Origin: Cycas panzhihuaensis
Lineage: Eukaryota; Plantae; Cycadophyta
Assembly (NCBI GenBank): GCA_023213395.1
Contig: CM041465.1
Location: 229,159,741 to 229,223,740, forward strand
Length of the DNA: 64,000 nt
Direction: 5' to 3'
Translations under genes and position numbers: made by a program
The notes under the pieces: generated by a model
Database searches by the model: none
What the model saw: only the letters and a program-made list of their open reading frames with translations
Told to the model about the DNA's origin: nothing
Part shown: one piece after another, positions 13,158 through 26,700 of the stretch
Position numbering within the stretch: the stretch's first letter is position 1
Layout: every line of letters begins with the position of its first letter

Positions 13158-13455
13158 TGAAAAGAATGGATCTATCCTTTATCTCCATGTACTAAACACA
13201 AAGGTAAACATGAGAGCAAGAGAGACTTGAGATAAAGAAAGTAGCTCTTATGAAATAGAGAGGTAAGAATGAATCTCCTCCATTGAGGTTTTACTTTTAT
13301 ATTGAGAGAGGTAGCATTAGAGTTAGGTGAAATGAAATTATACATAATGTACATGAAAGTGCATTTCACTTAAGTGATCTAATTTAAAGTTCACTTAAGA
13401 CCCTTTTTAGAAATAATCAACTAATGTAATAGCCTTGTGATATTAACCCTTTTCA
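13158..13455 (-). repeat. 3' LTR of Copia A
   Basis: TG...CA termini; about 92% identical by eye to 20189-20486. Confidence 0.93.
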
Positions 13456-13889
13456 ATCTCCCCATTAATGGTAGAAGGTCATTTCATCTTATTTTATTCT
13501 ATCCTATGCGGTCTTCATTTGAGCCTCTTACAAAGCAAACTACTATGACACTTTTATGGGAAACCCTCATGGGGAAGAAAACCCATAAATTTTCTAATCT
13601 ACTAACCTGACTCAGGTGGCTCTTTAAATGAAGCTAGATAGCCAATTAGTACAATGAATTTTGTAGGTGAAATCTACTGAATCTCCATATACCATTTGGT
13701 CATCACCCATGCCCTTTTGGGTTTTCATAGGTTCTTATTTTTCAAAATGATATAACCCTTATCTTTTCATACCCATAAGGGGTTTTAACGAATGGAATAG
13801 AGCAGAGACTTACTCTTATCCTTTCATGCCCACAAGGGGTTTTCACGAATGAGATAGAGTATGATGGTCCTATTATCACCTCCTTCAAT

Positions 13890-16800
13890 TAGTCGAAGAT
13901 GGAGGCCCTAAGGCTAAGTTGCTTTTAGAATTGTTCAAACTTCATCCTCTTCAGTGGTTTAGTGAAGATATCAGCCACTTGATCTGTTGTGGGGCAGTAC
14001 TCCAGTTGAATTATACCATCATAAACTAGTTCTCTAATCATATGGACTTTCATACTTATATATTTAGTATGATCATGGAACTAGTTCTCTAGTAAAGTCT
14101 GAGTCTATGTATGTATAAAGTTTAAATTCTACATTGGGTTCATACAATAGACCATATTTTCTAGTTGTCTTTAGGTACCTCAACACTCGTATTACAGCTT
14201 GCCAATGATTCTGCTTAGGATTTGTTATGAATCTTGCAAGAATGCTAACAAAGTGTGTAATATCTGGCCTTGTGTTAGTAGTATAGATGAGACTACCTAC
14301 AAGTTGTCTGTAGAGTATTGCATCTGCCTCCCTAATATCACCATCAACTGAGAGTTTAATATTAGGCTCCATAGGTATATCCACTAGTCAAGCACCTTCT
14401 AACTAAAACTTTTTCAGAAGATCGTTGATATATTTTTCTTGGAAGAGAAAGATTTTGTAATTCTTTTGAGTTATTTCAATTTCCAAGTAATATTTCATCA
14501 ATCTGAGGTCAGACAATTCAAAAGTTTTAGCAAGGTCCTTTAGCTGGATGATTACCTGTTCACTATTCCCTGTTATTAGAATGTCATCCGCAAAGATTAA
14601 GAGGTAAGTGACTTTATCATTTTGGCACTTGATGAATAATGTTGCATCAATATATTGATAGTCACAAACCTCATATCTAAGTTACCTTATTCTTTCAGAC
14701 AACTTGGTAAACCAAGCACGAGGGGCTTATTTTAGGCTGTACAAGGACTTTTTGAGCTTACAAACTTTATACTCCTGAATGATAATCTTGTATCCTTCTG
14801 GCTGAGCCATATAAATTTCTTCTTTAAGGTCCTCATTGAGAAATGTGATCGAGTTGGTGGATTTTCCAATCCTATTAAGTAGCCAAGGCTATAAGAGTTC
14901 TGATTATAGGCCACTTGGTTATAAGAGCAAAGATTTTAGTGTAGTCGATGCCTTCCCTTTACGTGAATTCTTTTGCTACCAACCTCGCCTTGTGTTTTTC
15001 TAGGGTGCCATCTGATCTATACTTGTTTTTGAGTACCCATTTATTTTGAACTACCTTTCTTCCAAGTGGTAGATCAACAAGCTCCCATGTACCATTCTTA
15101 ATAAGAGATTGGTACTCTTCGTTCATGGCATTTCTCCAAGTTGCATGCTTTACAACTTCTTGGTACATTAGGGGCTCTTCATTAAGAGCAAGAAGTAATT
15201 CTGGTAGATTAAACTCAACGGAAAGTGATTCATGCATCCTTGCTCTATGGGAACTTCTAGTGCTAGTTTTTCCTACCTCATTTGGTCGCATGTCCTTGTG
15301 TAGCTGGTAGGCTTCATGAAAACCTCAAGTTGGGAATGAGGTTTTCATTTCCACAACCTCTTAGTCTTCATTTTGATCCTGAAAAGGATCATGTGAAATA
15401 TTTAGCATGGAGGAAGTTGACGATAATGGAGAAGATGGGCTAGTCATAGATGTGGAGAAGATGATCCTTCTGTTATGGATTTACCTTTTCCAACTTGGCT
15501 ATTCACAAATAATGGTATTAGATGTGTACACATTAGCTAGGCATCATAGCTTGTATCCTCTGAGGCTCTATTATCAAATTCCAAGATTTTGAGTAACTGT
15601 TCAGTATCTTCCCCCTAAATTTTAGAATCTAGACATCAAATTCAGCAGTATCATTAAATCGGTATGAAAGCATCTTGGAGTCAAGTCTGAGTAATTGATC
15701 TTCAGTCTCTGTAAAGATAACATCTTTAGTGATGATGATTTTACACTATGAAGGTATGAAAACCTTGTATCCCTTTTTGTCCATAGGGTATCTGATAAAG
15801 ATGCCTTTGATGGCTTTATCTTGGAGCTTATTTCTATGTTCCTCTAGAATATGAGTATAACAAGTAGAGACAAAAATTCTAAAGTGGGAGATAGAGAGGG
15901 TTTGTCCATACCACATTTCATGTAGAGAGGGATTGAGCTTGGAGGGACTAATAGTGTTGATGCAATACACATCAGTCCATATAGCCTCATCCTAAAGATA
16001 GATAGGGGCATTCTTATATACCAGCATAGCATGAGCTATATTTATGGTGATTCTATTCATACGCTTGGCAACTCTATTTTGCTGGGGTGTACCTACAACT
16101 GTGGTCTGATGTTTGATTCCATGTTGACATAGGTACGATTCAAAGTCATTGGATATATACTTGTCACTATTGTTTGTCCTAAGTATTTTGATCTTGAATC
16201 TAGATTCATTTTCCACGCAGGCCTTGAAAGCTTGAAATATAGAAAAAGCTTCATCTTTCTTTGCAAAAAAAATAACCCATACTTTCTTGGTAAAATCATC
16301 AATAAAAGTAATATAGTACTACTTCTATTTGAGAGAAGGTATGGGCATAGGACTATATATATCTAAGTGTACAAGCTGTAAAGGTTGGCTAGACTTCCAC
16401 TGACTATGAGGAAAGGGTTGTCTTTGAGATTTGGCAATAATATATGCTTCACATTTAAAGGAATTAGAGGAGAGTCTAGGCAAACCAGGAAGAGTGGTTT
16501 GTAGTTCTCTTAGATGATCAGTTTTGATATAACCCATACGAGCATGTCATAGGGGCACTTGGGACAACTTTTGAGGAGTTAGGGTTGTGGTAAAAGTAGA
16601 GTCATCATCAACATAGTTAGCTTCAGAGGATGGTGAGCCAGTTAGGTAAAAAAGTTTACCATCAAGAATTTCATTCATAACCATAGCATTTAAAGGAAGG
16701 TGAATGACACAGAGAGTTTGATTGTTTGTAGTTACACTCAGAACAAATCCATGAGAGACAAGGGTGGATAGGGAGAGCAGCTTTTGCTTCAAAACAGGAA

Positions 16801-18155
16801 TATATAAAACATCAACAAGTGTAAAATGTAGAAGGCCTGGGAGTTTTAGGCAAACATTTGTCAGCCATATGTACAACACCACGAACTTCAGAGTCAAAAT
16901 CTTGAAGGAACTGGTGATGACAAGTCATGTGTTGTGTTGCTCCAGTATCCATGATCCACGATGAAGTATTTGAGGTGGTACTATTTACAACTCCAAGTGG
17001 TGAAGGCAAAAGTGAATAAGCATAACGACAATAAGCCCTAATATACTTAGTGGATCTATCAACAAAATTTAATGAAGTGGTCCCAATTCTTTGAAGGTGT
17101 GTATGAGAAAATTATATTCCACCAAAAGCATCTTCAAAAGAAGTATTATCAACATTATATGTACCATGGCACTGTTGATAACTTGGTAGTTTGTTAGTGG
17201 CAGTTCTTCAATTTTTGGCATAATATCCTTTTCTATTACACCTTTGGCACATAATTATTTGATTTCCAGTCTAAGTATTAGGTTGGTTGGATTGTCTCTG
17301 ATTACAGGATCTAGGTCCTGGTTGATTATTTTGGCCTTGGTCTTAAGACTAATTTTATTGAGGAGCTTGTTGACTAAGAAGGTGTTGTCCTTGTTATCTA
17401 TCTCTTCCTCTTCCATGGGAATTACCACCTCTATGAGAGTATTGACCTTGATTTTTGGTATAACAAAGATCTTCTTCCACTTCAAAAGTAGCATCAACTG
17501 GATCTAATATAATGGCAAAGTTGGTATCAAAGGTCTTATCAAATTCAATGAACTTATCAGCAAGATCCTCAAAGTTTACGGTCTTCAAAGTGCTACTAGA
17601 TTGAAGACTTCCTAATAGATTTTTGTAATCTAGGATATGGAGATATGACTGAATCAAGAAATCCCATGTAATACATTAAGTTTTAAAAACTTTATCAATG
17701 GCTTACTTGATTGGATGAAGGAGATTGATTGTCTCACTTGCATATCCTTTCTGCATTTTAAATTTGTTCATCTTTAGTACTAAGTGAATAAATTCTAAGT
17801 CTGATTTAGTGTCAAAGTTCTTCTTAAGAACTTTAAGCACTTTCCATGCTATATTATGTACAGCTTCATCAATGAGATTATGCAGGGAATAATTAGTGAC
17901 AAGCAGTATCCCTGCACAGATTTTATCATCATCAAGTTCCCATTAGCATTTAGTTATAGCTTTAGTGGGAGAAGTTTGAGCATCTCCTCCATAAGCAACT
18001 GAGGTAGTTGTAGCTGCAATAGATGGTGTAGGTTGCAAGTGATCTCTCCATAGACCTTTATACTTTACAACATTTTTTACACCATTGAACCATATTTCCC
18101 AATTTTCTTTCCCTTTTAGAATGCAGTTCATATTTTGCTTGAACTGTGAAGACAT
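13890..18155 (-). pseudogene. gag-pol: Copia A gag-pol polyprotein pseudogene
   Basis: Gag MSSQFKQ...ENWEIWF...LW; knuckle CQRCNRKGYYAKN (~17210-17250); protease SWIMDTGATQHMT; integrase LRTNNSDKY...TPQQNRVAKR; [11 protein letters not shown]...HKARLVAK and YRQLVGSLIY..TRPDI; RNase H end DQVADIFTKPL. Confidence 0.92.
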
Positions 18156-18323
18156 TGTATCTTTTTAGAAGGGAAGAAATGAACAAGGGACTAAAAAGGT
18201 GATGGTAATAAATGACCAATCACTATTTACAAATGGGAAATGTAATGAAGTAGTGTAGCAGAAGGAAGAAGAAGTGAGAATGGTTGCTCAAAGATAAAGG
18301 GAGCAACTTAGAGAAAAGTCACC

Positions 18324-18447
18324 AACACTTGTGATAAATATTAACCTGACATAGTAGGAATATGAGATGCACTTTGATAAAAATTAACCACTAATACTTG
18401 TGGAAAATATTAACTTGATGCAGTAAGAATATGAGAAGCACTATGAT
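18324..18447. repeat. 69-bp tandem duplication in the Copia A 5' UTR
   Basis: aacacttgtgataaatattaacctgac... at 18324 and aatacttgtggaaaatattaacttgat... at 18393. Confidence 0.75.
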
Positions 18448-20174
18448 TATGATTACATTATAGATCACTTTTTACAAATAAGTAAGTGATCAATATACAA
18501 GATTGTAGGGCAATATAGAAGATGATATCATTAGGTTTACACAACTTGAAACTCAAATGCAGGATATATAATCAACCCAATAACCTCTAACTTGTGTCCA
18601 ATATATAGTTGAGGTTGTTGAAGGGATGCCTAGGCTTCTAGTAGAATTAAGTTGGCCTTCACCTATGATACCTACAATTGTGCTTGGTGATGAAATCCAA
18701 GTCACAACAGAGCCTAGGTACTCCCAATCCTTACCTAGTTCACCAATGAGTAACTATATACCTCCTATAAATAGCGGTATGTGCATACCCATAGCTATGA
18801 TAGATATTGGATTGGGTATATTTTAATCTTTTATTAAAGTTTTCAGTTTTCTTAGTTGGTTATCAGGATGATCCCTGATTGAGGCACGATAGTATGGCTA
18901 ACTAAACCTCACCAATATTTCAGTTTAGTCCAGTCCCAACTTGAAACCCACACCTCCTTTATGGCATGGCATTCCACCAACCAATGTATCTCAACCTTGG
19001 AGAGTGTATGAATAGGCACAAGATGGCGAAAAATAGCGTACGTGATGTGTTCCTTTTAGGAAGAGTAAAAAGATTATCGAATTACATCAAACATACATTT
19101 AACTGAAAATAGATAGCTTGCTTGGAGTGCTTCCTTGAAGTGTCTTTAGAGTGCTTGCTTTGAGTGATTTAGAGTGCTGAAATGCAATGCTAATAAGTGA
19201 GTGAGGAAACCAGATATTTCTCTAATCTAGGTTTTTTTTTTTCTCACTTTTACAATGGGATTGTAAGCCTTATAAAAAGAAGGAAGAAATTTTCTTCACT
19301 TTTTTTTTTGTTAATACAAAAGAAAATAGTCTTCATTAAATTAGCAATAACTTTCTCTCATGATGTCAAAATGGAGTTCCAATTTTTATCCTACAAACTA
19401 GACTCAGAGCTTCATCTTTAGGAAGTGGAATCGGGTCCAAATAGGATTTGGAAAATTTTTTGCAGCCCTGCAAAGTTAGGAAATTATATTTTTCTAAAAT
19501 TCTTACTAAAAATAACTGCTGTTCACTAAAACAACAATAACTTCCCCATATAACATCCAAATTAGGTGCCAAGTTTTTTGCTAGAAAGTAGACTTAGAGA
19601 CTCATCTTTGAAAATTAGAATCATGTCAATTGGAGCTCTGTAGAAGATTTTGCAGACCTGTAAACTTCATCAATCAAATTGTATTTCTACAAAAATTTCA
19701 GCTTGCTAATATCTCATTAACACATGATACCATATGAAATTTCCATCATGTTTTGATCACCAGGATCCCAATATGGGTAAGGTAAGAGCATACAATGATG
19801 GATATTTTAAATGGCTTGAAATTCTTTTAGAAAAATGGGGAAAACCTCCCCTTACAATCATTCTTCTAAATGCTGGAAAAATTTTGGCAGCATTTCCACT
19901 TGTTAAATGGACAAAAAGAGGGGAAAGAAAAAGAAGAATGAGATAACATAAATGGCCACCAAAGGATTGGAATCCTTGGGCCTTACAACTCTTTGTGTTA
20001 TGATTCCAAACCTATAAAAGAGAAAGGGAAAGAAAATGATACAAAATATGCTATCATAATAACTTAAAAATATTTCTAAATCCACTTTCACAATCTCCTT
20101 CACCACATGGATTGTGGGAGAGAAAGACGTGATGGCTCCATTGTAAGTATAAGTGAGGAATATGAAGGAAGCAA

Positions 20175-20186
20175 GCTCTAATTCCA
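20175..20186 (-). promoter_or_regulatory. Primer-binding site (tRNA-iMet type, degenerate) of Copia A
   Basis: gctctaattcca versus consensus reverse complement gctctgatacca; 2 nt from the LTR. Confidence 0.7.
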
Positions 20187-20188
20187 CA

Positions 20189-20486
20189 TGAAAAGAGTGG
20201 ATCTATCCTTCATCTCCATGTACTAAACATAAAGGCAAACATGGGAGTAAGAGAGACTTGAGAGAAAGAATGTAGCTCTCATAAAATGGGGAGGTAAGAA
20301 TGAATCTCCTCCATTGAGATTTTACTTTTATATTGAGAGAGGGAGTATTAGAGTTAGATGAAATGAAATTACATATAATGCACATGAAAGTGCATTTCAC
20401 TTAAGTGATCTAATTTAAAGTTCACTTAAGACCCTTTTTCAAAATAATCAACTAATGTAATAACCTTGTGACATTAACCCTTTTTA
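20189..20486 (-). repeat. 5' LTR of Copia A
   Basis: Direct repeat of 13158-13455, adjacent to the PBS. Confidence 0.93.
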
Positions 20487-22208
20487 GGTTATTCCCTTTA
20501 GAAGTAGTGTAATAATTAGATATGATAGGAGTTACTCTATTATCCTCTATTTAGCTATTAAATACTTCTAAAAAATAGTTGAATTAGGTAGTTTTCCCTT
20601 ATCTTTCCATAAGGTGGCCCATCAATATATGGATCTTATCATATGGTCTATTATGAAGTTGATGTTGTGGAACAAACTAGTAATTATTACTCATTATATC
20701 TCCTATGATCTTTCCTATATTCCTCTTTATTATTGGTGTTATTATTGTCATTTTTCAAGCCTATTACTTCTTCATAATCTATCTTTAGGGCCAAGCACTA
20801 TAATGTATGTTTTATTATGTTAATTATCTCATCTCCATAAAATTATTGAGTATCCCCATATTACTTGTTCACTATTATTGGGAATTATTAAGATCTACTT
20901 TGAGGGATCAAAGTTCTTTGGTATCTTTATTTATTATTTTCTTCCTTTTGGGGTATTTGACTTCTTCAAGCCTAAAAAAAACTAAATGAAGCACCAATTT
21001 GGTTAATCACTTAATAATCTTCTTAACTCCTTATAGTGTTTAGTTAAATTACTTATTCTACCAAAAGAGATACTTTAAATTCATTGTATAGGGCTTTAGT
21101 ATGGAATGCCACTTTAAATTAAAATTATTGCATTAAATCCACTCTAAAATGCAATAAATTATAGCTCAAAATGATGATATCTAAGTTAAAATTTTAATGG
21201 CTTAGATGAAATTGAATTCTAACACTCATAGTAGAAGTTATAATTATAAATTACTAGTTACCTCCTTTGAAAATTAAAATGTAAAAAAAAATGATAAGGC
21301 CTTAGTCCCTTTCAAAAATCTAGCTCTTAATCATCTATATTCTTCCATTTAACCACATTTTGATGATAAATGGATAGCAAACTTGAAATAGAGATGAAAT
21401 ATAATTCAAAATTTAAAATTTAGACCCCTTTCAAAATCTAGCCCTTCATCACTTACCATAAAACCATCCTCTGATAGTGATGCGACAACATCTACAAGTT
21501 CTAAATTTAAAGGGTTAACTTGTTGGGATCATAACTTTTGATATAAGTATTTATTTTTGTAACCTTCCCTCCCCACCCCCCGCCCCCAAACCCTCTTTTT
21601 TTTAATTATAGCTATTTAAAAGTGTATATCATAACATAATTGATGATTCTGATTACATCATTGCTCATAAAATTTTTAAGCTCAAAAGGATCATTTAGAG
21701 GTCTAAAATAGAATTTTATTATTATCTATCACTTTTGTAACACCTTGTGGGCATTATTTTCCTTAGTTAGGAGATTAGTTTTATTTTATTTATATTTTTG
21801 TGAGGTCCATGATATATTTAACTACCCATAGGTCGATTTTATGTGATTTAGAGAACTTTTAAAAACTAAAAAAATTAAAAGTTTTAGAGTTGGGGACTTG
21901 TTCATTCTGAGTCAATTTCCTAATTTCAGGGGATGTTAGTTAGGATATTTGGATGACCAAAGGCCACAAATTTGTATACTATTGATATTATAAAAACTTA
22001 ATTTTTTTGAAAAATTTTATTACTTTTTAGAATGGAAAGATAGATTTTTAATAAAAGGGTATTCTTGTTAAAGCTTGGTTCTATTTTCACTTAGAGACAT
22101 TTGGTTTTCTTTATATGTATGTGTTGTTGAAGGAATCAACACACCATCATCTGGTATCATAACATGATTCAACTCTAGAAGGAGAGGAAGAAGAAATTTA
22201 CAATAAAT

Positions 22209-23167
22209 TGTTAGTGACTTATGTTTTATTTTGCAATATATTTGAGAATCATTAGAAGTAAATTGAAAGTGTTTATAGGAAGAAAGTAAACAACTTAAGA
22301 GATAAGATGGCTAAAGGGGGGTAATGCAAGAGCTTTATAGGAGGTTAGAAGACCTCATAGATGTTATTATAATAATAAGAATATAAGAAGAAGTTACTTC
22401 ATTACCTTAATAAGCTAGAGAAATACTCTCATATAAATACATATAATGTATACAACTGAACCTATGCATATAGGCTAAGTGTTAAGATAGAATGAAAAAG
22501 GCATTAGAAATATAACCCTTAACTTAACTTTAGAAAAGTATAAGATAAAACATTAATACTCTAACACCTTCTCTTAATGTTTTATCTTTTATTTTTGACA
22601 CCAAACATCTCTCTAAAATATTAGAATTTATCCTTTGACAAGGGCTTTGTGAATATGTCTATAAGTTATACTTTACTAGTACTATATTATAGGTCTACCT
22701 GCTTTACTTATACTTTCTCTCTGAGAAAATGATGATGTACTTTAATGTATTTTATTCTAGTATGAAATACAAGATTCTTAATCATCTTGATAATACTGTT
22801 ATAATCACAAAAATAGAGGTAGCTTGATTCTATTCCCATCTTAAGTCTTTGAGGAATTATCTTATCTATACTACTTCATATATGGTACTTACAGTTGACT
22901 TATATTCTACTTCTATTAATAATAGAGCTACAATGGATTATTTTTTTCTACTCTATAATATAACAACAAACCTAAGAGTGATGCAGTATCTAGATGTAGA
23001 TTTTCTCTCTTATCGATCACCAACCCAACTTAATTCACTATAACATGTTAGCTCAAAGTTTAATACCTTAATATAATTAAGTCCCAATGTTGAAATTCTA
23101 TTGATATACATCAATATTCTTTTGGTAACATTTTAATGAGAAACTTTTAGAGAGTATATCTACCTAG
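22209..23167 (-). mobile_element. pol: Older host Copia C, 3' part: end of RT, RNase H, PPT and 3' LTR
   Basis: Minus strand reads KRILMYI, *VGDR*ERKSTSRY, EVEYKS and DIFTKP. PPT complement ccttctcttaat follows ctaaca (22566). The LTR left end is approximate. Confidence 0.8.
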
Positions 23168-23750
23168 TGTTGAAGATGGCATTCAACATTCACACTAATA
23201 GATAATGAGGACAACCCTTAAGATATCATGAAGAGGAATTTTTCTAGCTAATGACATGATTAACATCTATACTAAGTAGCTATGAATATGAGCACCTAAG
23301 TAAGCATTAAGCAAATAAACTCAAGCACAAGATAAACACAAAATATAAAGGAGAAGAAATTTGTCCTCTCTCTAAAATGAGTAAGATTAACTTAGATTCA
23401 AACTAATAACATAACAATACAATACTCACTCACTTCATAATGTGATATATCATATTTGACCTCCTTATATAGAAGTGAAGGAGGACCTTGGATGATTAAA
23501 TATTTGACAAGTATCAAACATCCAAGCTATGTCCTTTACATATGGGACAAGTGTTTTTGTGCTCTCTTTGTGAACAAAAGTATATGAAGATACATTAATC
23601 TTAAGTTATAACATTATGTTACTAGAAAGAATATGGGTGTATACTTTATCACATTAGGTGATATCTCACCCTTCCATAAAATTATATAAAGTATATTAAT
23701 AATACAATATAAAGTACAATGCTTAACATGTAAATATAAAGGTCTTAACA
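23168..23750 (-). repeat. 3' LTR of Copia B
   Basis: tgttgaagat...cttaaca; homologous throughout to 35842-36427. Confidence 0.92.
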
Positions 23751-23789
23751 CCCCCCTCCCCCCACCCTTAATTTATATAATTTTAAGTT

Positions 23790-26700
23790 GGACACTAAGA
23801 ACTTCTCTAAATTTCTCAAAATTTTCTCTAAAAAGTGGCTTAGTAAATATATTTAATAGCTACTAGTCTACAAGCATATAGAAGAGGTCAATCTCACCAT
23901 TCTTCATATGTTATTTAATGAAGCAATAATGGAACTTAATATGCTTAGTTCTTGTATGAAAAATAAAATTCTTAGTCAACATAAGTATACTTTGATTGTC
24001 ATAATATAATCGTGTGGGGTGATGTTGCTCAAGTTTAAGCTTACTAAGAATCCTCCATAATATGGCTTTGAGATATCTTAGTATATGTTTGGCTATATTC
24101 TAATGCTTTTAGTTAGGTTGAGACATATACCTAGAATAAATCCTAACTAAAAATAAAAGATCTGGTCTAGTATTAGTGAGATAGATCAGGCTACTTACTA
24201 GTTGCTAGTATAATATGGGATTTATAGGTGTTGCTTCCTCATCAAGTGATAAGTTTGTTCTATTCTCCATGGGTATAGGTCATGGTTTATAGTCCTCTAT
24301 TCTAAATCATTGCAAAATATCCTAAGAATATTTGGTTTGAAAAATAAAGATATGACCTAACTACTACCACACCTCTATATCTAAGAAATAATAAATAAGT
24401 CCAAGATTAGTTATCTTAAAACTCCTCTTAAGGTTATCCTAGAGAACTTGTATCATCTTAGTTTCACTTCTAGTAATTACTAAGTCATCGACATATAAAA
24501 TGATAAAGACAACATGATTATTCCTAACTTTTATGTATAAGTTAAGATCTTATGAGAATCAATGATATCTATATCTCAAAAAATAATTATTGATTTTTGA
24601 GTACCATACTCAAGGGGCCTATTTCAATATATACAAAGTCTTTTTTAGTTGACAGACCAAGTGTTCTTTCCCATGTGCAACATAACTAAGAGGTTATTTC
24701 AAATAAACCTCTTCTTGAAGATTATCATTTAGAAAGGTACTCTTTATATATATCTGATATATTGGCCACTTACATTGAGCAGTTAAGGCTAATATTACTC
24801 TGATGGTATTCATATTTTCCACAAGTGTAAAGCTCTTCTCATAATCAATGCCTTCTTTTTTCTTAAATCCCTTTATAACTAGTCAAGCCTTATGATGTTT
24901 GATTGAACCATTATATTAGAATTTGGTTTTATACACCTATTTGTAACTGATTATCTATTTATATTTAAGTAATTCTACTAAATCCCAAGTTCTATTCTTT
25001 TCAATAGAATGGATTTCACCATCCTTAATAGCCTTCCACTTTCTATCTTTACATGGCTACTTAAAAGTAGAAGTCTCATCTACATAAAGTACTCTAGCTA
25101 TAATTGCATAGTTGACCAATTATTATCTTATAATTGATGGATGTTTTCCTTTTATGACTTAACTATCCTATACTGTATGAGTGTACTATTTGAGTAGCTT
25201 CTTCATAGATGTAACTTGAACATCAATATCGTGGGCCTATAATGGTTGATCAATAGAAAGGATACAAGGGTTAAATGATGTTATTGATATAGATGATGTA
25301 GAAGTAGATAAAGAAGTGATAGGAGCAGATTATGAATATGGTGTAGAAGATTATAAGGGAATGATGCCCTCAATAATCTACTTGCCTTTATTAAGAGGAG
25401 GATGGATAGATATTAGTTCCAACTCCTCATTATCCTCAACAAAGATTACATCTCTAGATATATGTATTTTCTTAGCAATAGGCTCATACACTCTATATGC
25501 ATTATGGCTAAGAAAGTCACTAATGAAAATATGTTTTAGACTATTATCATCCAACTTCTTTCTTTACTATTGGGAAATGTGTATATAAGCAGTGCACCTA
25601 AAAGTCCTCAAATGTCTAATAGTTTCTTTCTTTCCAGACTAAGCCTCCTCTGCTGTGATATTAATGACTACAATAGTAGGGCTCCTATTAGCCATATATG
25701 CTATTATGTAGAATGGTTCTACCCAATAAGAAAGAGAAAGCCCTTTTGCATGCATCATAACTTTGACTTTATTTACCAAAGTCTTATTCATTCTCTTAGA
25801 TATTATATTCCATTAAGGTATATGTAGAGTAGTCAGTTGTCTTTTAATTCTATGGTCTTTTTAGAATTGGTTAAACTCTTTTAAGGTAAGATTCACCTCC
25901 ATTATCAGATTTAAATATTTTGATTAATAATCTGACTCATTTTCTATATTAATTTTGAATTCTTTTTCTATTTGATGAAGTAAACCCAAACCTTGTATGA
26001 AAAGTTATCAATGAAAGTGATGTAATACAAAGATCCTCTAAGAGATGATGTGGACATGGGTCCACATATATCTATGCATACCAACTACAAAGGTTATGAT
26101 GAATGGCGTGCTTTGCCTTTAAGAAGAGGCTCTCGATGTTATTTCCCCATAATACATGCTTCATAAAGATATTTTGATGCTAATATCTTTTGAAATTTAA
26201 ATACTATGTTTTGTTAAATATCACTTTGATGTTGTTTAGGCTTAAATGGCCTAGCCTGTTATACCAAAGTTACTCTTTGGTCATAGATTGAGTGACAAAA
26301 TATACTAGAGCAACACCAAGTGTAACATTTAAAGCATCTAATTTATAAAAGTTACAGTCTTCATGACTAATGATAACCACTTGATCATTCTTGTCACTAA
26401 TGGTACATTTCCCATCTTTAAACAATATACTCATTTATTGTTTATCTAATTAACTAATAGATAAGAGGATTTTATGTATAAAAGGTACTAAGTAAGCATC
26501 ACCTATGGGAAATATAGAAGTAGGATAATTTGGAGAATGAAAAGAGGCAATTTTGTCCACTCTATATATGAACTCTCTTATTGTTACCAAAAGCAATTAT
26601 TTATCCTCTTCCTTCTTTAACATCATAAAGTAACTTTTCATTACCAGTCATGTATTAAGATGCTCTTGAAGGAATAATCTATGCCTTATCACTTTGTAAG

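Larger units (their letters stand above)
13158..20486 (-). mobile_element. Ty1/Copia element A with both LTRs (decayed)
   Basis: Paired 298-bp LTRs; TSD agtta (13153-13157) / ggtta (20487-20491); PBS-like gctctaattcca (20175-20186); PPT complement tctcccccatt (13457 onward). Confidence 0.93.

Noticed and set aside
19197-20187. Hydrophobic ORFs as a possible env-like gene in Copia A
   Set aside because: They lie in the 5' UTR rather than after pol, are short, and have no motif; the hydrophobicity follows from T-richness.
13172-20400. Duplicated ORF pair MKCTFM... (13172-13369 and 20203-20400)
   Set aside because: Both lie wholly within the two LTRs of Copia A, so the similarity is LTR identity.
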